This document shows, one piece after another, positions 48,509-58,600 of a DNA stretch of 64,000 bases; positions within the stretch are counted from its first letter, which is position 1; each line of letters starts with the position of its first letter. The notes below the pieces were generated by a model, which saw nothing but the letters and a program-made list of their open reading frames with translations, was not told the DNA's origin and searched no databases. The position numbers and the translations under genes were made by a program. The DNA is from Calditrichia bacterium. Lineage in GTDB: Bacteria > Calditrichota > Calditrichia > RBG-13-44-9 > J075. The DNA lies in contig JBOEGD010000012.1 of assembly GCA_050633245.1 (NCBI GenBank), forward strand, positions 8,746-72,745. Direction: 5' to 3'.

Positions 48509-49363
48509 TTACCCCCTGGCAAGCATCGGAACGGTAAATACTCCCTTAGGTAATTCAAAATTGCCTCGCGTGAAGAGATAATCCTCTTTGTTCACTACAG
48601 CCATATATCCTGAGCTGAGCTTGTCCGGCGTAAAATAGTATTTTATTTTTTGAACCGCTTCCGTAGCGATATACGGATACAACTTTTCGATAGTTGGAAT
48701 CACCTTTCCGACAATATCAAAAAGTTTCAGGAACTGGCCTTCAATTTTATAAATCACAAACACATCCAGTTCAGCGATATAATAGATATCATTCTTGAAA
48801 AGATTATCACAATACCAAAGGAATAGCCAATTCTGTTCTATATCCCCATACACATTGGATATAGAAGTTCGCCTGCGAACGTATTCAGCCAATCGACTTG
48901 CATCAGATGCTCGACGAATATCTACGTTACTAACCTGGGAAGGGTGAAAAACCGTAATCGGTGGTGACGCTTCAAAATGACCGGCCATTTCGATTGGCAT
49001 AAAGTTGAACTGCTGATAAAAATCTGCCAGATTACGGTTTGCCAGAAGAAACGCTGACCCATTTTGAGCATTGATGTACGAATCTACCTGCTGGAATAAC
49101 CGCCTTATCAATCCCTGCTTTCGATAGTCTGGCATCGTGCAAACGGTTTGGACCATATAAGCAATTTGCTTTTTCCCGTTTATACACTGATGGAACGTAC
49201 CGACAGAGACGTTGGCAACAATTTTCCCGTTATCAACAAAAGAAAACGGCATATAGTGCAGATCATTTTCTTTTAACACTGTAAAGCCGAATATTTTCAG
49301 ACTCAGTTTATTCAGGCTATCGCGAAGGACAGTATCGCTTGCGTAATTGGTAACGAATCTCAT
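48509..49363 (-). CDS. GNAT-like acetyltransferase-fold protein with extra C-terminal domain (hypothetical)
   Basis: N-terminal region '…YMVQTVCTMPDYRKQGLIRRLFQQVDSYI…' has the acyl-CoA-binding pattern (Q/R-x-x-G-x-G/A-like) of GNATs. Weak call. Confidence 0.5.
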   Translation of the reverse strand: MRFVTNYASDTVLRDSLNKLSLKIFGFTVLKENDLHYMPFSFVDNGKIVANVSVGTFHQCINGKKQIAYMVQTVCTMPDYRKQGLIRRLFQQVDSYINAQNGSAFLLANRNLADFYQQFNFMPIEMAGHFEASPPITVFHPSQVSNVDIRRASDASRLAEYVRRRTSISNVYGDIEQNWLFLWYCDNLFKNDIYYIAELDVFVIYKIEGQFLKLFDIVGKVIPTIEKLYPYIATEAVQKIKYYFTPDKLSSGYMAVVNKEDYLFTRGNFELPKGVFTVPMLARG

Positions 49364-49461
49364 TTATTTCTTCCAAAGTATATTTTCTTATGGGGTAATA
49401 ACTCCAACGGAAGTAATATAATACTGAACAACTAAATTCCGTCAGAGGAGACCGCCATTTT

Positions 49462-50346
49462 ATGCCCCATATATTAAAGAACGATGAGCTCTCGGTTCAC
49501 ATAGATTTACCGGGAGAGAATTATAACTCTACCCGCTTTGATCAGACCGGTAAAATTACAGACGTCCTGTATCGAGGGATTCGCGTATCCGGCGTTGAGA
49601 GAACCGATGCAGAGAACGAGAACTCGTTTGGCAAGGGATTCTATAATGAGTTTGGTATTGACGCTGCGTTGGGGTTTGATGAGGCAGAAGTCGGCGGACG
49701 GTTTCACAAAATAGGTGTCGGCTTATTAAGAAAAGACGATGATCAATACCAGTTTAACAAACGTTACGAGCTACAGCCGGCCAAGTTTGAGGTAATTACC
49801 GAATCGAACAGGGTTCTCATAACCTGTAAATCACAGTCTACTTCAGGTTATGCTTATATGTTGGAAAAGGAAATTGTTTTGCACGATAGTGCTTTTACCT
49901 TGAAATACCGTTTACACAATACCGGTGAAAAGGATATTGTTACCGATGAATACGTGCATAATTTCACGGCGATTAATGATGAGTTAATGGGACCGGATTA
50001 TCAGCTGATCTTCCCCTTTCAGCTGAACCCCGATCAATTTACGGCTTCCGTTAATCCCGAGCAGGTGATTAGTATTGACAAGCATCAAGTAAATTTTACA
50101 GGTTCGCCCGGCGAGCAATTCTTTTTTAGCCATCTTAACGGTAAGCATACTTCTGTGGCCAAGTGGGAACTGTGGCAACTCAAAAGTAAGATCGGACTAA
50201 GCGAAACCGGGAGTTTTCAAACCAATAAAATAAACCTTTGGGGTTGGAAACACGTGATTAGCCCGGAGTTGTTTTTCTATATACATGTCAAACCTGGTCA
50301 ATCCACAGAATGGTCCAGAACATATGATGTGTTTAGGTTAGATTAA
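49462..50346 (+). CDS. Hypothetical protein, no family recognised
   Basis: Intact 294-aa ORF. Transcribed divergently from the GNAT-like gene with a 98-bp shared upstream region. Confidence 0.5.
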   Translation: MPHILKNDELSVHIDLPGENYNSTRFDQTGKITDVLYRGIRVSGVERTDAENENSFGKGFYNEFGIDAALGFDEAEVGGRFHKIGVGLLRKDDDQYQFNKRYELQPAKFEVITESNRVLITCKSQSTSGYAYMLEKEIVLHDSAFTLKYRLHNTGEKDIVTDEYVHNFTAINDELMGPDYQLIFPFQLNPDQFTASVNPEQVISIDKHQVNFTGSPGEQFFFSHLNGKHTSVAKWELWQLKSKIGLSETGSFQTNKINLWGWKHVISPELFFYIHVKPGQSTEWSRTYDVFRLD

Positions 50347-50397
50347 GAATACATATCATTAGAAAGTACAGTACTCAAAAATGCGCGGGTATATTAA

Positions 50398-50958
50398 TTG
50401 GATCAATATTTAAAGTATTCTCTTCGCGAAACTCCGATGATTGGATTATCAATTGAGCAGGTTAGGACAATGCTTAAGAAATACGACTTTTTTTGTAAAG
50501 ACACTCCATGGAGTGAAAAATGGGCCAATTCAACTGGCAAGGGAATTGTCCACCAGTATGAGTTGAATGAAGATGGTTTGATTATTTTCGATAAGTCGAC
50601 AGACTTATTTTGGCAGCAATCCGGTTCAGGGGAGCTACAAGAAGAAGGAGTATTATCTTATATCTCTGAGTTGAATGAGCAACGCTTTGGTGGTTGCTCT
50701 AATTGGCGTGTACCGACTCTGGAAGAAGCTATGAGCCTGATGGAACCAAGGCAAGCCAATAAAGTTTATATTTCTCCAGTATTTGATTCACGGCAACATT
50801 GGATATGGACAAGCGATCTACTGGAGGAAAATAAACGGGGATACAGTGATGCAATTTGGGATGTCTCATATGGTCAGGGACGTTGCACACTGAATCCATT
50901 CGATTTTGCCAACAGCAACTATGTCCGTGCCGTTTACTCTGCAAGTGATCAGAATTAA
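50398..50958 (+). CDS. DUF1566 (Lcl C-terminal-like) domain protein
   Basis: '…GGCSNWRVPTLEEAMSL…' matches the conserved 'W R(L/V) P T xx E L' core of DUF1566. TTG is the first in-frame start. Confidence 0.55.
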   Translation: MDQYLKYSLRETPMIGLSIEQVRTMLKKYDFFCKDTPWSEKWANSTGKGIVHQYELNEDGLIIFDKSTDLFWQQSGSGELQEEGVLSYISELNEQRFGGCSNWRVPTLEEAMSLMEPRQANKVYISPVFDSRQHWIWTSDLLEENKRGYSDAIWDVSYGQGRCTLNPFDFANSNYVRAVYSASDQN

Positions 50959-51064
50959 TATAGCATTATGATCTTTAGTCTAAATTGCGACGTTGATTGA
51001 CCATTTAGGCCACGCCTATCGATCTTCTCAATGACCGAGAATTTGATTTTTTGCGCATGAAGTA

Positions 51065-52102
51065 TTATTGCCTGCTTAAAATCTGAGCAATACGATTATA
51101 AACAATCTTCGATATTTCCCAGGCGTTGCCGCCGCTGGTATTCACGAACTGGATTACAACCGTATCCATATCCTCATGATAGCGGGCAATACTTTGGTAT
51201 CCCGGTAGTAAGCCGGTATGGTTATATTTATAGATAGAGGAGTAAATGGATTGTTCCTGATCGGTTAACAATGAGCCATCATTCAAAGCTCTTATGAACA
51301 CGCCAACGTCTTTTACAGTCGCGACCATTGAACCACCGGGGTGTATAAAATCGTTATACTTTATATCAGGACCATAACCGACATAATAGCCACTCATCAC
51401 CTCGTTTAAATTGACCTCACTCAACAAGCTGTAGGTGTTATTCAGCTCAAGTGGCAGTAGAATTTCCTCTCTCACATACTGATGATGACTGTATCCTAAA
51501 ACTTTGTCAAGAATTAGACCAATCAACCAATAATTGGTATTGGAATAACGATACTCAGCATCAGGCTCAAAATCTGCAGGCATATCCAACACCAACTCAG
51601 AAGGTCCCATATTGTCTTTGTAAGGACTGGTCCACGGGTAATCCGGATGATCACTGTAATTGTAAATCCCACTGCGATGCTGCACCAGCACTCTCAGATT
51701 GATTCTTTCTGCATTTTCTATTCGTCCGGCAAATTCGGGCAAGTAATCGGCGAGCGTACTATCCAGAGACAATCGCTTTTCATTGACCAGTTCGGCTACC
51801 GCAACGGCGATATATAACTTGCTGATACTGGCAATCTTAAATAATGCCTGTGGATCGGCCGGGATCTTATTTTCCCGGTTTTTCCAGCCGGCAGAGTATA
51901 ATGTCGCCGGCTTATCGGCTTTCTGCACATATACGACAATACCGTCAAGGCCGTGCTGAATCGCATCATCCACTTCTTCCTGAACGGTATCAGGTAATGG
52001 CTGTAACCATGCCCAGACAATATCCCAGGGTGGAAATATCACAATACAAATAACAGCAATAATCGGCATGATGATTCGAAGGAGTCGGACGGTAGGCTTC
52101 AT
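51065..52102 (-). CDS. Serine hydrolase of the beta-lactamase family (class-C-like), membrane-anchored or secreted
   Basis: N-terminal TM/signal. S-x-x-K 'FKIASISKLYIAVAVAEL'. Y-x-N-like 'YSNTNYWLIG'. Confidence 0.8.
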   Translation of the reverse strand: MKPTVRLLRIIMPIIAVICIVIFPPWDIVWAWLQPLPDTVQEEVDDAIQHGLDGIVVYVQKADKPATLYSAGWKNRENKIPADPQALFKIASISKLYIAVAVAELVNEKRLSLDSTLADYLPEFAGRIENAERINLRVLVQHRSGIYNYSDHPDYPWTSPYKDNMGPSELVLDMPADFEPDAEYRYSNTNYWLIGLILDKVLGYSHHQYVREEILLPLELNNTYSLLSEVNLNEVMSGYYVGYGPDIKYNDFIHPGGSMVATVKDVGVFIRALNDGSLLTDQEQSIYSSIYKYNHTGLLPGYQSIARYHEDMDTVVIQFVNTSGGNAWEISKIVYNRIAQILSRQ

Positions 52103-52415
52103 TTTTTTGATAGTACTTTGGTCCTTCAGCGTCGCTAAACGCTACACTCAGCGGAAGCGTGGGTTTTCAAGTATTGTAGATTTATTTCGAGATCTCATGT
52201 TAATACAAAATACGGATTTCTTGTTTATTTACGAAAACTTAAATCTACGCGGACAGTTAAAAGCTCGCTTTTCCTTCAATTCTTTCAACACATCCTCAAG
52301 CACTGCCTGCGTATTAGACAATTTCTCTCGGTTTTGATAGGGCGAGACCAAAAGACATCCAACAATCATGGGAGAGAGTTGGATGCGTGGTTTGCCTTTT
52401 CAATACAGCATCGGC

Positions 52416-53276
52416 CTAGCACCCGATATTTTCTACTGGTGCATTACCTTGCTGAAATATAAGGATCTTATTTACACGTAGGTTACCATCCCAATACCAG
52501 CGAAGACCATTGTTATACTGCCAGAAGTTATCACCGGTATCTACAAGTTCCGGTGGTCCAAAATTGGCTAAAACTTCTGATTGCAATGATCCGATTCCGA
52601 GAAAATCGCGCGTTACATCCGCGAATGGTCCTTCCATAATGATAACCGTTGCGACTTCGTCTTGCTCTGGAGTTATTCCGGTCCCTGGCAGAAAGATAGA
52701 AATCCCCTGATTAGTATATTTCACAATATGCCCGGATATGCTGCCGAAAGGGTCAACAATAGTGCAGAACGTATCCGAAAAACCAAGAATTTGAATAATG
52801 TGTTGATAGGTATCTCCTATTTCTATTCCTGCCGCACCGATTCCTTGTAGGATAGTGACGTTATAAAACACCTCAAAAGACACGGAAATTTCTGAAGTTG
52901 TTTCTTCTGCTTCCAACCGAAGTACATCTGTATAGTCTCCTATCGGTTGAAAAATGTCAGCAGTCAACTTTAGAGTATCAGGAATGGAGGAACTGGCACC
53001 TTCAAATCTCTCCAGCGCGAGCCAGGAAGGCTGACCCACCACTCTCCAGCTACAAGCTGAGCCATTATTAGAAGCACTAACTGTTATTTCACTTGCATTA
53101 GCCTCCTGTGTTAATACAACGGCGTTCTGGCCCGCCGATATTGTAAGATCGCACAGTAGAGGATCTGTAGTCTCACTACAACTTAACTGCATGAAAACAG
53201 TAACACTCATAATTAGTAGGAGAACAAGCTGAGGTAGAGAGAATAAATCTCGGATAGATTGTTTTTGTAAATACAT
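52416..53276 (-). CDS. Hypothetical lipoprotein
   Basis: Signal peptide with lipobox 'MQLSCSE'; no family recognised. Confidence 0.5.
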   Translation of the reverse strand: MYLQKQSIRDLFSLPQLVLLLIMSVTVFMQLSCSETTDPLLCDLTISAGQNAVVLTQEANASEITVSASNNGSACSWRVVGQPSWLALERFEGASSSIPDTLKLTADIFQPIGDYTDVLRLEAEETTSEISVSFEVFYNVTILQGIGAAGIEIGDTYQHIIQILGFSDTFCTIVDPFGSISGHIVKYTNQGISIFLPGTGITPEQDEVATVIIMEGPFADVTRDFLGIGSLQSEVLANFGPPELVDTGDNFWQYNNGLRWYWDGNLRVNKILIFQQGNAPVENIGC

Positions 53277-53584
53277 AACACCTCCCCAATAAACGGAACA
53301 TTAAACCTTTGTTTGCACATTATTTCTTGAAGTTCGAATTGACAAAATGTAATCGATCAATGTGGGGGAGTTATTGTTAATAATAGCATGTTTGCTTGAA
53401 ACATGTCAAGAATTATACCTAAAAAATAGTTGACAACTTTTTGCTAAATTTCACATCTAGTCGTTCAAGTAAACCGACTTATTTGCGAATAATAACAGCT
53501 TGACGTTATGTTAATCCAACGCTCACAAAAAGCAAAGTGCCTCTAATCAAAACTATAGGAGCGCTTTTATATTGGTGCTCCCCC

Positions 53585-53622
53585 CAGGGAGTGTCGAGTG
53601 AATACATCTGGGTGGTGAGGGC
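53585..53622 (+). repeat. Copy A of a conserved ~38-nt intergenic motif (CCCAGGGAGTGTCGAGT-N-ATAC-N-T-N-T-GG-TGGTGA)
   Basis: Ungapped alignment to 54873-54910 gives 13/13 identity over GGGAGTGTCGAGT plus a shared downstream ATAC…GGTGGTGA. Confidence 0.6.
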
Positions 53623-53757
53623 GGCACTATATAAATCAATCCACTAATTCGATCTTATTTGATATCATACACTCAACGTTCAAAATTCAGGGTTGTTCAA
53701 TAACCAGAGAATCCACTGGGTTGGACAGTTTTTCCGCCTACAGCCGTTGCATATCTG

Positions 53758-54666
53758 CTACTCATAATTTACGACCTCAATATAAATATCATATTGCTTG
53801 TTCTTTTTGGCAATGTAGGCAATGTGTTTTCCATCCGGCGACCAACTCGGTTCGGTGACACGGTTGAAGCCCTCTCCCATTTTCTGCAGCACCTTGCCTT
53901 GCAAATCCAGGATCTGAATATAGCGGATATCTTCACTTTCCTTCTTGGCAGAAGCAATGAACTTTCCGTCCGGGGACCAGGACGGGCAGAAATCGTGACC
54001 GGGGCTATTGGTTACTCGCTGTAACGATTGATCAGCAACACTAAGAATGTAGATTTCATCGTCTTTACCTTCCGTATCGCGGCGTGAGAAGAAAGCGATT
54101 TGGGAGCCGTCCGGTGAGTAACGCGGCCAGACATTGCGGAAGGAACCCGGGTCAATTGCCGAATCTGTCGCTGTCGTTGAAGTCGCTGGAATTTCGATTC
54201 GCTTTACACCAACACCAATAGTGAAACTAAAGAGGTCGATATTACCCTCAACAGCGGCACAGTAAACAATCGATTTTCCGCCAGGCGACCAATGGGGCAT
54301 CATCTCGCTTTCCGGGGACTGGGTGATCCCATCGAGGTTGTTAGAGACAAGATCATAGATATACAGATCAGGCTGGCCGTTAAGATCACTCTGCAAAACA
54401 ATGGATTCATTCTTCGGGGAAAAGGCCGGAAAACGCTCGTTCCGGGGAGTATCAAGGACCTTCTCAATTCGGCGCTCATCAACCATCAATAAAAAAATCC
54501 CCCAGGAGCTGTCAACCTTGCTTTCAAAGAGAATTTTTTTGCCGTCCGCCGACCAGGTGGGATAACGCTCATCCGCGGGGGTATCGGTGAGCTGGATGGG
54601 GCCATTTTTACCCTGCGGAAAAGCAGCGGCCGTAAAAGAAAGGAGGATGAAGAAAAGCGTGCGCAT
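53758..54666 (-). CDS. TolB-like beta-propeller (PD40/WD40-like repeats) periplasmic or secreted protein
   Basis: Signal peptide. Repeated 'YP.WSPDGK.I.F/Y' PD40-type motifs (ERYPTWSADGKKILF, PHWSPGGKSIVY, PRYSPDGSQIAF, PSWSPDGKFIAS, PSWSPDGKHIAY). Confidence 0.8.
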   Translation of the reverse strand: MRTLFFILLSFTAAAFPQGKNGPIQLTDTPADERYPTWSADGKKILFESKVDSSWGIFLLMVDERRIEKVLDTPRNERFPAFSPKNESIVLQSDLNGQPDLYIYDLVSNNLDGITQSPESEMMPHWSPGGKSIVYCAAVEGNIDLFSFTIGVGVKRIEIPATSTTATDSAIDPGSFRNVWPRYSPDGSQIAFFSRRDTEGKDDEIYILSVADQSLQRVTNSPGHDFCPSWSPDGKFIASAKKESEDIRYIQILDLQGKVLQKMGEGFNRVTEPSWSPDGKHIAYIAKKNKQYDIYIEVVNYE

Positions 54667-54820
54667 ATTTGTCCGTCTTTTTTAGAGTGTAAGTATTCAA
54701 GTTCTCCAGGATTGATTTGATTTTAATCTAAAAGATGATTTAAAAAGAGGCAAGTCTAAAGCCCTCAAGAAGAAAAACACCCCAAGCGATGCGAACCCCT
54801 GCAAAACATCCTCTCCATAC

Positions 54821-54862
54821 CCCCATAAAAACAAAACGGGTTATCCGTTTGGATAACCCGTT
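54821..54862 (-). terminator. Rho-independent terminator on the minus strand, about 150 nt downstream of the small redox-protein gene
   Basis: AACGGGTTATCC – gttt – GGATAACCCGTT perfect 12-bp stem. On the minus strand it is followed by TTTTGTTTTTAT (the A-run at 54821-54834 on the plus strand). Confidence 0.65.
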
Positions 54863-54872
54863 GCGCTGTACT

Positions 54873-54910
54873 CCCAAGGGAGTGTCGAGTCTATACTTGT
54901 AGGTGGTGAA
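54873..54910 (+). repeat. Copy B of the conserved ~38-nt intergenic motif
   Basis: CCCAAGGGAGTGTCGAGTCTATACTTGTAGGTGGTGAAG. It lies between the glutaredoxin-like gene stop (55016) and the minus-strand terminator, so it falls in that gene's 3'UTR if co-transcribed. Confidence 0.6.
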
Positions 54911-55015
54911 GCAATACACAATTAACTTGCAAAATAGATATAATATCTACTTCAGGATCTTATTCAATTGTATTAAGATCTTCTCTTTCGATGGAACTCC
55001 ATCTGGATAATATCT

Positions 55016-55255
55016 TCATGTAGGAGCGGCTGGTGCTGGTCTTGACACCCCAAATAGATCTGTTGAATTTAGTAATATAGTTGGTGTTCCATAACCTGTT
55101 CTGCAATCGTGAGCAGGGAGCTCACCTACATCAATTATTTCTACTTGTTGCGGTAGACGCAGTTCTTTAATTGCATCAATTAAGTGCTCATACATTGTTT
55201 GAGAGTTTGAACAATTGGAACGCGTTAAGAAGCAGATTTTTTTATTTCTATCCAT
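55016..55255 (-). CDS. Small thioredoxin-fold / glutaredoxin-like (DUF836-like) protein with a CxxS motif
   Basis: 79 aa. 'KKICFLTRSNCSNS…' and 'YGTPTILL' resemble a monothiol glutaredoxin-like fold. Weak. Confidence 0.45.
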   Translation of the reverse strand: MDRNKKICFLTRSNCSNSQTMYEHLIDAIKELRLPQQVEIIDVGELPAHDCRTGYGTPTILLNSTDLFGVSRPAPAAPT

Positions 55256-55527
55256 AAAAATTTTTCATGGTTGATTGATAAAAATTAAGATTTTACTGAA
55301 CAAACTCTTTGAAATGCTTTTTTGGATCGTTCTTAATACTGCCAACGTTTTATAGTTGAAACGAAACAAATACAATGCGTCTTAAAATATACTATATATT
55401 TCCTTTACTACAATGATCGCTGGATCTTAATCAACTTAAAGTTTCCAAGATTTATCGGATAAGGCTAAAGTCCCCGACATTTTTGTTCTCACAAAACTAC
55501 CGCGATCTAGATCCACTCCTGAAATAG

Positions 55528-55567
55528 AACGAGTCTACTCCGGGGGAATGAAGTAGACTCGTTTTTT
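55528..55567. terminator. Intrinsic terminator hairpin, 55 nt beyond the 3' end of the giant minus-strand gene; the clean U-tract is on the plus strand
   Basis: ACGAGTCTACT / AGTAGACTCGT 11-bp stem with 12-nt loop. TTTTTT follows on the plus strand; on the minus strand it is followed by CTATTTC. It may act bidirectionally. Confidence 0.55.
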
Positions 55568-55622
55568 AATAGCAATGCCGCCGGGGTCCAGTAGGCAACA
55601 TCACTGTAATTATGGGCTATAC

Positions 55623-58600
55623 TTACTTAAGAAGCAGAACCCGTTGGGTTTGCTCATGTTGACTCGTGCTTAATCTTACAAAATACGTTCCGCTGGCAAC
55701 ACCGGAGGCGTTCCACTGATAGTTGTGCTCACCGGCATTTAGATTCTGATTCACCAGTGTTTGCACCAAACGACCATTAATATCGTAAACCTTCAGATTT
55801 ACAATCGTGCGTTCCGGAATACTAAAGCGGAAGGTGGTTGACGGATTAAACGGGTTCGGATAATTGGGAAAGAATGTAAATTGATTTGGTATATTGGTCT
55901 CATCTCCTATACCGGTCGGATTACCAATCGTGAATGAGCCGCTTGCCACAGCACTGCCTAAGAATGCGGCATCGACTGATTGTATGGACCAGACGTAACT
56001 TCCTTCTTCCAGGTTATCGATTAACCAGTTGACGGTAGCCCCAACATTTCCGGGTTCCGGCAGGCGATAGGCCGTGGATATCGGCGTACCGTTTTGAGAA
56101 ACCTTTAATTCATAGGTCAATGCCGCAGCGGGCGTATGGTCGTCATTGGCAGCATTCCATGTAAATACTACAGAGCTATCCGGTTGAACGTCAGCACTGA
56201 GACCATTAGGAGGTGTCGGTGCCAGGTTTTGCCCGGGGGAATCGTTGCGATAGAGATGCATCTGAGCTTCCACTAGCCCATTGCCACCGGGGACAAAATA
56301 CTGTCCGGCTATAAAGTAATCGAGATCCCCCTCACCATCAATATCTAACCAGGAGAAGGTTCCGCCGCGGGTTCCGGATGCCCTTGGGGCAGGCAGATCA
56401 GTCCCGGACTGACTGAAAACACCCCCATTGTTTTCATATATCCGTGCACGCCCTTCGATCTGCGAGCCTGAGTTATAAGTGCCTCCAAGCAGAATGTCGA
56501 CATCGCCATCATTATCGTAATCCGCCCATGTAACGGCATTTACATCAAACCAGCCTTCACAGGGAATACAGTTGATAATCTCGATTGGTGAGTAGACATC
56601 ATTATCGTTCTGATAGATTCGCAAGACGTTTTTATAGGTGCCGTCGGTATCATTAACATTTCCACCGATCAGAATATCCAAATCTCCGTCGGCATCATAG
56701 TCGCCCCAATTTGCAGCCCCATGTTCTATAGTCAGTGAGTCGATGATATCCTGAGGGGTAAAGAATCCGTTTCCATCATTGCGATAGCGGCGAATAAAAC
56801 CATCAAAGGTTAGCGGCTCTATATTAATTAGCAGTAAATCCAGATCCTGGTCGCCGTCATAATCTGCCCAAAAGCTCTGCGCGTGTGGAGCCGAGGTAAG
56901 TGCTGCATTCGTTTCCTCAGTAAAGATCCAGCCACCGCTGCCGTTTGGCCCATCATTGCGCATCAGCTTTGTTTCATGTAAAAAAGTGATGTTATTATAA
57001 ACCGACGGTAGCAAAAGATCGGCATCACCGTCGTTATCGTAATCTGCCCATGAAATAGAATTCAGATCAAACTCTGCCTGGCCGTTGTCTTCCCAATATC
57101 CGGGCAGGAGCGTATTCGTCGGCACCATACTACCGGCATCATTTCGATATAGAATTGTTTTTCCGTTCGTCCCAACCACCAAGTCCGGATCATTATCATT
57201 ATCGACATCTCCCCAGGCCATGTCGGATGCTCCGGATGTCAGGGTGTCGAAGGGGAGGGAGATGTATTCAAAGTCCCATTGGGTTTGTGTGGATGAACCG
57301 TTATTTTGCAATAGTAGTAGCCGATAATCAACGCTTTGGTTATAGACGACATAAAAACCGAGCACCGCAATATCCAGATCGCCATCCAGATCAAAATCAG
57401 CCGGTGCGGTGGTAATAACCCAGAAGTCCTCATCCTGCGGCGTTACAAAAACGGAATCAATGGGAGTAACTTCTGTAAATGCTCCAAAGGTACCTCCGGG
57501 ACCAGGCTGAGCAACTACAGCTCGGAGAGTCGTATTGGAGTCGCCGTCATCATCAACCACGGTTAATCTTACCAGATAGGTGTTTGCTGCGGCAAAGGTA
57601 TGCGACGGATTGCGCTCGGTTGAAGTCGTCCCGTCACCAAACTCCCAGAACCAGCTGATAATTGTTCCGTCCGGGTCATTACTGGTATCGGTAAAATCAA
57701 CGCTTAAACCAATGGTGTTAAACGTGAATGATGCTGCCGGTGGACGGTTTAACGGTGGAGGTGGTGGACCATTAAAATGTTCAATATATCCTTGAAATCC
57801 ACCTGTCCAGGCATTGCCTGCTGTATCTGCTACGATCGTGCTAAAATTGCCAAAGCCTTCTGAACCAATTTGTAGCACTGCCCAGTTTTGTCCACCGTTA
57901 GCGGAATAATAGGCTAGGTTATCCAGTGTACTGAGCCAGATTTCATTTGGACCGAGTAAGTAGATGTCACTGAATTTAACCGACGTGGTTTGGGTCGGGA
58001 GTTCTTCCCAGGTTAATCCGCCGTCATTGCTGCGGGCCGCATAGCCGCCCCAGCCCACCACATAGCCGGTTGCTTCATCATAAAAATCAATATCAGCAAC
58101 CTGAAACGGTGAGCCCGGCAGGGTTCCGGAAAACCAGTTCTGGCCGTTGTCATTCGTGATTTGCAATGGGCCACCGACGTTTACCGCCCAACCGTTTGGA
58201 CCTTCGAAGTCCACAGCAACATACAGTCCTCCAAAGCCCGGTATGCCGGTCCATGTAGCTCCACCGTCAATTGTTTGTAATAATGCTCCTCCAATAGGCC
58301 CACTTCCGATAACCCACCCTTCAGATGGGCTACTGAATTGTAGATCATAACCGGAAAAGCCGCTGGGTTTTGCAATCAGAGGCTGCCAGCTTGCACCACC
58401 ATCACCGCTGATGTGAACTTGTCCTGAGTTATCGATAATTGCTATTTCCTGAGCAGAAATAATGTCCACCGCTTCAATGTCTACGAAACCAAGACTTTGC
58501 TGCAGCTGCCATTTTCCATTTCCATCTGTCGTCAGGATAGTCCCTTCATCCCCTACAGCAATCATTCGTCCATCATCGAAACGAGCTATGTCGTTAATTG

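Noticed and set aside
53585-54910. Idea that the two motif copies show compensatory (CCAG/CTGG versus CAAG/CTTG) base-pair covariation
   Set aside because: On careful alignment the putative 3' partners are offset by 3 nt between the copies, so the covariation is not supported. Only primary-sequence conservation is reported.
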